DNA of 64,000 nucleotides from Eledone cirrhosa (taxonomy: Eukaryota). Every line of letters begins with the position of its first letter. Within the stretch, counting starts at the first letter, position 1. The translations under genes and the position numbers were made by a program. The notes beneath the pieces are model-generated. The model had not been told where the DNA came from, made no database searches, and worked only from the letters and a program-made list of their open reading frames with translations. Location: positions 37,262,001-37,326,000 of the forward strand of contig OZ024741.1 of the NCBI GenBank assembly GCA_964016885.1. Direction: 5' to 3'. Positions 60,924 through 64,000 of this stretch are shown piece after piece.

Positions 60924-63198
60924 CATCATCATCATCATCATCATCATCAGGTTTAGCGTCCGTGTTCCACGCTTGCATGGGTTTGGACGGGGGTTTTCCC
61001 ACTTGAGGCAAGAGTGGTTGTCTTGCTCGCATAGGACTGTCTGGCGGGTTTTCTACAGTTGGATGCCCTTCCTAACACCAACCACATTTACAGTGTGGGG
61101 CTGGGAGGTTTTTACCGTGTTGCCTACACGGCCACATTACAGCGTGGACTGTCTGGCGGGTTTTCTACAGCTGGATGCCCTTCCTAACACCAACCACATT
61201 TACAGTGTGGGGCTGGGAGGTTTTTACCGTGTTGCCTACACGGCCACATTTACAGCGTGGACTGTGTGTTTTTTGTAGTGACACCTACACGATCTCATTT
61301 GTTTCGGCCTGGATGTTGTGGGACCAACATAACTTTACATTGAAAGGGGCGGTGTGGGTGGGGTGGAGGTGGTGGGACGGGGGGGTGTTTTGATAGAGAT
61401 GCCTACTGACTGTAGTAGGTTTTTACTTTGTATTTAGGTAAGGCGGGTCTTCTCTATTACTGAGTACCGCCAAAGGTCTCGGTCCAGTGACATTGTCTTG
61501 GAGAGGTGTAAGCGTGTGAGGTCGGAATTTATCAGCTCGTCCCATGTTTTTCTGGGTCTGCCTACTCCGTGGCTACCGTCTATCTTTATTGCCCTGCACT
61601 TTGTTATACAGCTGTCGTCTTTCATGCGCATCACGTGACCGTACCAACGTAGCCTTCTCTCGAGTAAACAACATCTGATCCCTCTTATTTCTAATTTTTT
61701 CCTTAGTTCGTTTATGCTTTGCCGTTCACGTATATTACTATTGCACATCCAGCGGAGCATGCAAGCTTCGTTCCTCTCTAGTCTGCGTATATCCTCTGCA
61801 CACAATGCCCAGGTCTCACTGCCATGCAGCATTGCTGTTCGTATGCAGGCATCGTATAACCTGCCTTTCATTTTTAGGGAGAACCCTCTAGCGGCTAATA
61901 GTGGTATAAGCTCTCTGAACTTTTTCCATCCAGTTCTGACTCTAGCTACTGTACTTTCAGAGCACCCTCCCCCACTGCTGATTTTGTCACCCAGATAACG
62001 GAAGCTGTCCACTATTTCTATAGAACCCTCTGCGCAGTTGAAGGAGCTAGTATTTTGTGGGCACTTGCTGCTACTTATTGCACCAGAGCACCGGCCACAT
62101 GTAAAATCTATGTTCTTAGTTAGCTTACCTGTGATCCCACTACATCTTTTATGCACCCATACTTTGCATTTGGGACATAAAATGGAGTTTCTACCTACGC
62201 CTTTCCTACACACTGAGCATGGCCATTTCCCAGATGGGACCGCCGCCTTATTTTCTTTCCTACAAACTAGAACTTTAGTCTTAGCCAGGTTAATTTTAAG
62301 GCCTTTTGATTCTAGGCCGTGCTTCCATGTTTGGAATTTCTTCTCTAGTTCGGTCATTGATTCAGCTATGAGCGTTAGATCATCTGCGTATAGGAGTTCC
62401 CATGGGCAGCCGGTCTTGAACTCCTCTGTTATAGCCTGAAGGGCAATAATAAATAGTAGGGGGCTAAGAACAGAGCCCTGATGGACACCAACTTTTACGC
62501 TAAACTCTTCACTATATTCGTTGTTAATTCTAACCTTACTGACTGTTTCTTTATACATGGCTTGTATAGCTCTCACAAGCCATTCGTCAACACCTAGTTT
62601 TCTAAGAGACCACCAGATAATGGAACGGGGGACTCTGTCGAAGGCTTTCTCCAAGTTGACGAAAGCTAAGTATAGGGGTTTACTTTTAGCTAGGTACTTC
62701 TCCTGTAGTTGTCGTACAATGAAAAGAGCGTCTGTGGTACTTTTGCCTGACACAAACCCGAACTGCATTTCATCTAGATCAATTCTCTCTCTGATTAGTT
62801 GCGCTATTACTTTTTCCGTGACCTTCATGACCTGGTCGATTAATTTAATGCCTCTATAGTTACTCCTATCTAGGGCATCTCCTTTTCCTTTATAGCAGTT
62901 AACGATGATGCTGCTACGCCATACCTTCGGAACAACCCCATTCTGTACGACTTGGTTAACTATCCGGGTGACCATGGTGTGTCCCACCGAACCAGATGCC
63001 TTCAGCATCTCAGCAACTATTTCCGAAGGCCCAGCCGCCTTACCCGTCTTCATATCTTTGATTGCCTTACTTATTATACTACCTTCAACTAACACTGCTG
63101 GTCCCTCTATTGGATCGATCTGGGGGAGACTGTCTTTCTCCCATTTGTTCTCCTCATTTAGAAGCCTTTCGTAGTGACACTTCCAAGCTACCTTCTTA
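60924..63198 (-). mobile_element. RTE-like LINE, subfamily B, copy 3 (stop-free RT-PHD-C-terminus, 3'UTR, tail)
   Basis: Open from KKVAWK to EKTRLT* (61434); motif A reads FVNLEKAFD; same duplicated 3'UTR as copy 2. Confidence 0.97.
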
Positions 63199-63199
63199 C

Positions 63200-63230
<31 letters not shown>

Positions 63231-63367
63231 TATATATATATATATATATGCACATATATATATATATATGTACATATATATATATATATATATATACATA
63301 TATATATACACATATATATATATACACATATATATATATACACACATATATATATACACACACACAC

Positions 63368-63400
<33 letters not shown>

Positions 63401-63424
63401 CACATATATATATACACATACATA

Positions 63425-63494
<70 letters not shown>

Positions 63495-63548
63495 CATATA
63501 TATATATACATACATATATATATATATACATATATATATATGCGAGCA

Positions 63549-64000
63549 CTCCTCTTTGTTTCGGCCGCGGATGGCTAACATAACCCCATCTCCCTCCGCG
63601 CCCCACCGCTCCCACCCTCCAAACGCAATCCAAAACTTCAGAGCTGGTACCATGAATGTAGGCACCTTAAAGGGTCGCTCTAACGAGGTTGTAGAGATGC
63701 TTGAACATAAGGATGTCGATGTTTGTTGTATCCAAGAGACCAGGTGGAGGGGCGGGTCTGCTGGATTCATTGTGGGTAAAAAACGATGCTATAAGCTTTT
63801 CTGGGTGGGAAATGACAATGGGCTGGGTGGGGTAGGAATCATGTTAGCAGAAAAGTGGGCAGATAAGATAATAGACGTAAATAGAGTGAACAACAGAATA
63901 ATTAAAATAAGACTTGTCCTCAATAGAACTACGGTGACAGTAATATCTGCGTACGCACCCCAATCCGGACTGCCCGGCACTATAAAAGACAGATTCTATG
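63549..64000 (+). mobile_element. RTE-like LINE subfamily B, 5' segment (APE N-terminus), runs off window
   Basis: Colinear with 22436-22895: [35 protein letters not shown]. Confidence 0.95.

Noticed and set aside
61434-63770. 778-aa ORF as a real protein with a novel N-terminus
   Set aside because: The first ~190 aa are antisense endonuclease sequence plus translated TA microsatellite

Overview
Repeat-saturated, AT-rich animal DNA. The SINE families, (GAT)n-tailed RTE-type LINEs and microsatellite load suggest an octopus/coleoid cephalopod (inference). No host exon was recognised. Contents: (1) Seven pieces of RTE-like LINEs from about three subfamilies, none intact. The four that span the site carry a C4HC3 PHD finger inserted inside the reverse transcriptase. 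(2) A 23.7-kb array of about 565 42-bp units (33485-57218) with nested higher-order repeats, expanded inside the 3' UTR of a decayed LINE. Its long His/Pro ORFs are by-products of the unit length. (3) A set of minimal type-I hammerhead ribozyme motifs of the Penelope-like element (PLE) kind. The best case is a 508-bp foldback element (21074-21581) with identical hammerheads on opposite strands, flanked by a 13-bp direct repeat. (4) About 16 tRNA-derived SINE copies or fragments, piggyBac-, Tc1/mariner- and hAT-like MITEs, a Tc1/mariner transposase remnant, a Helitron helicase fossil missed by the ORF track, and many microsatellites. Coordinates were counted by hand. Ends of decayed elements are approximate, and family names come from recalled motifs, not database searches.
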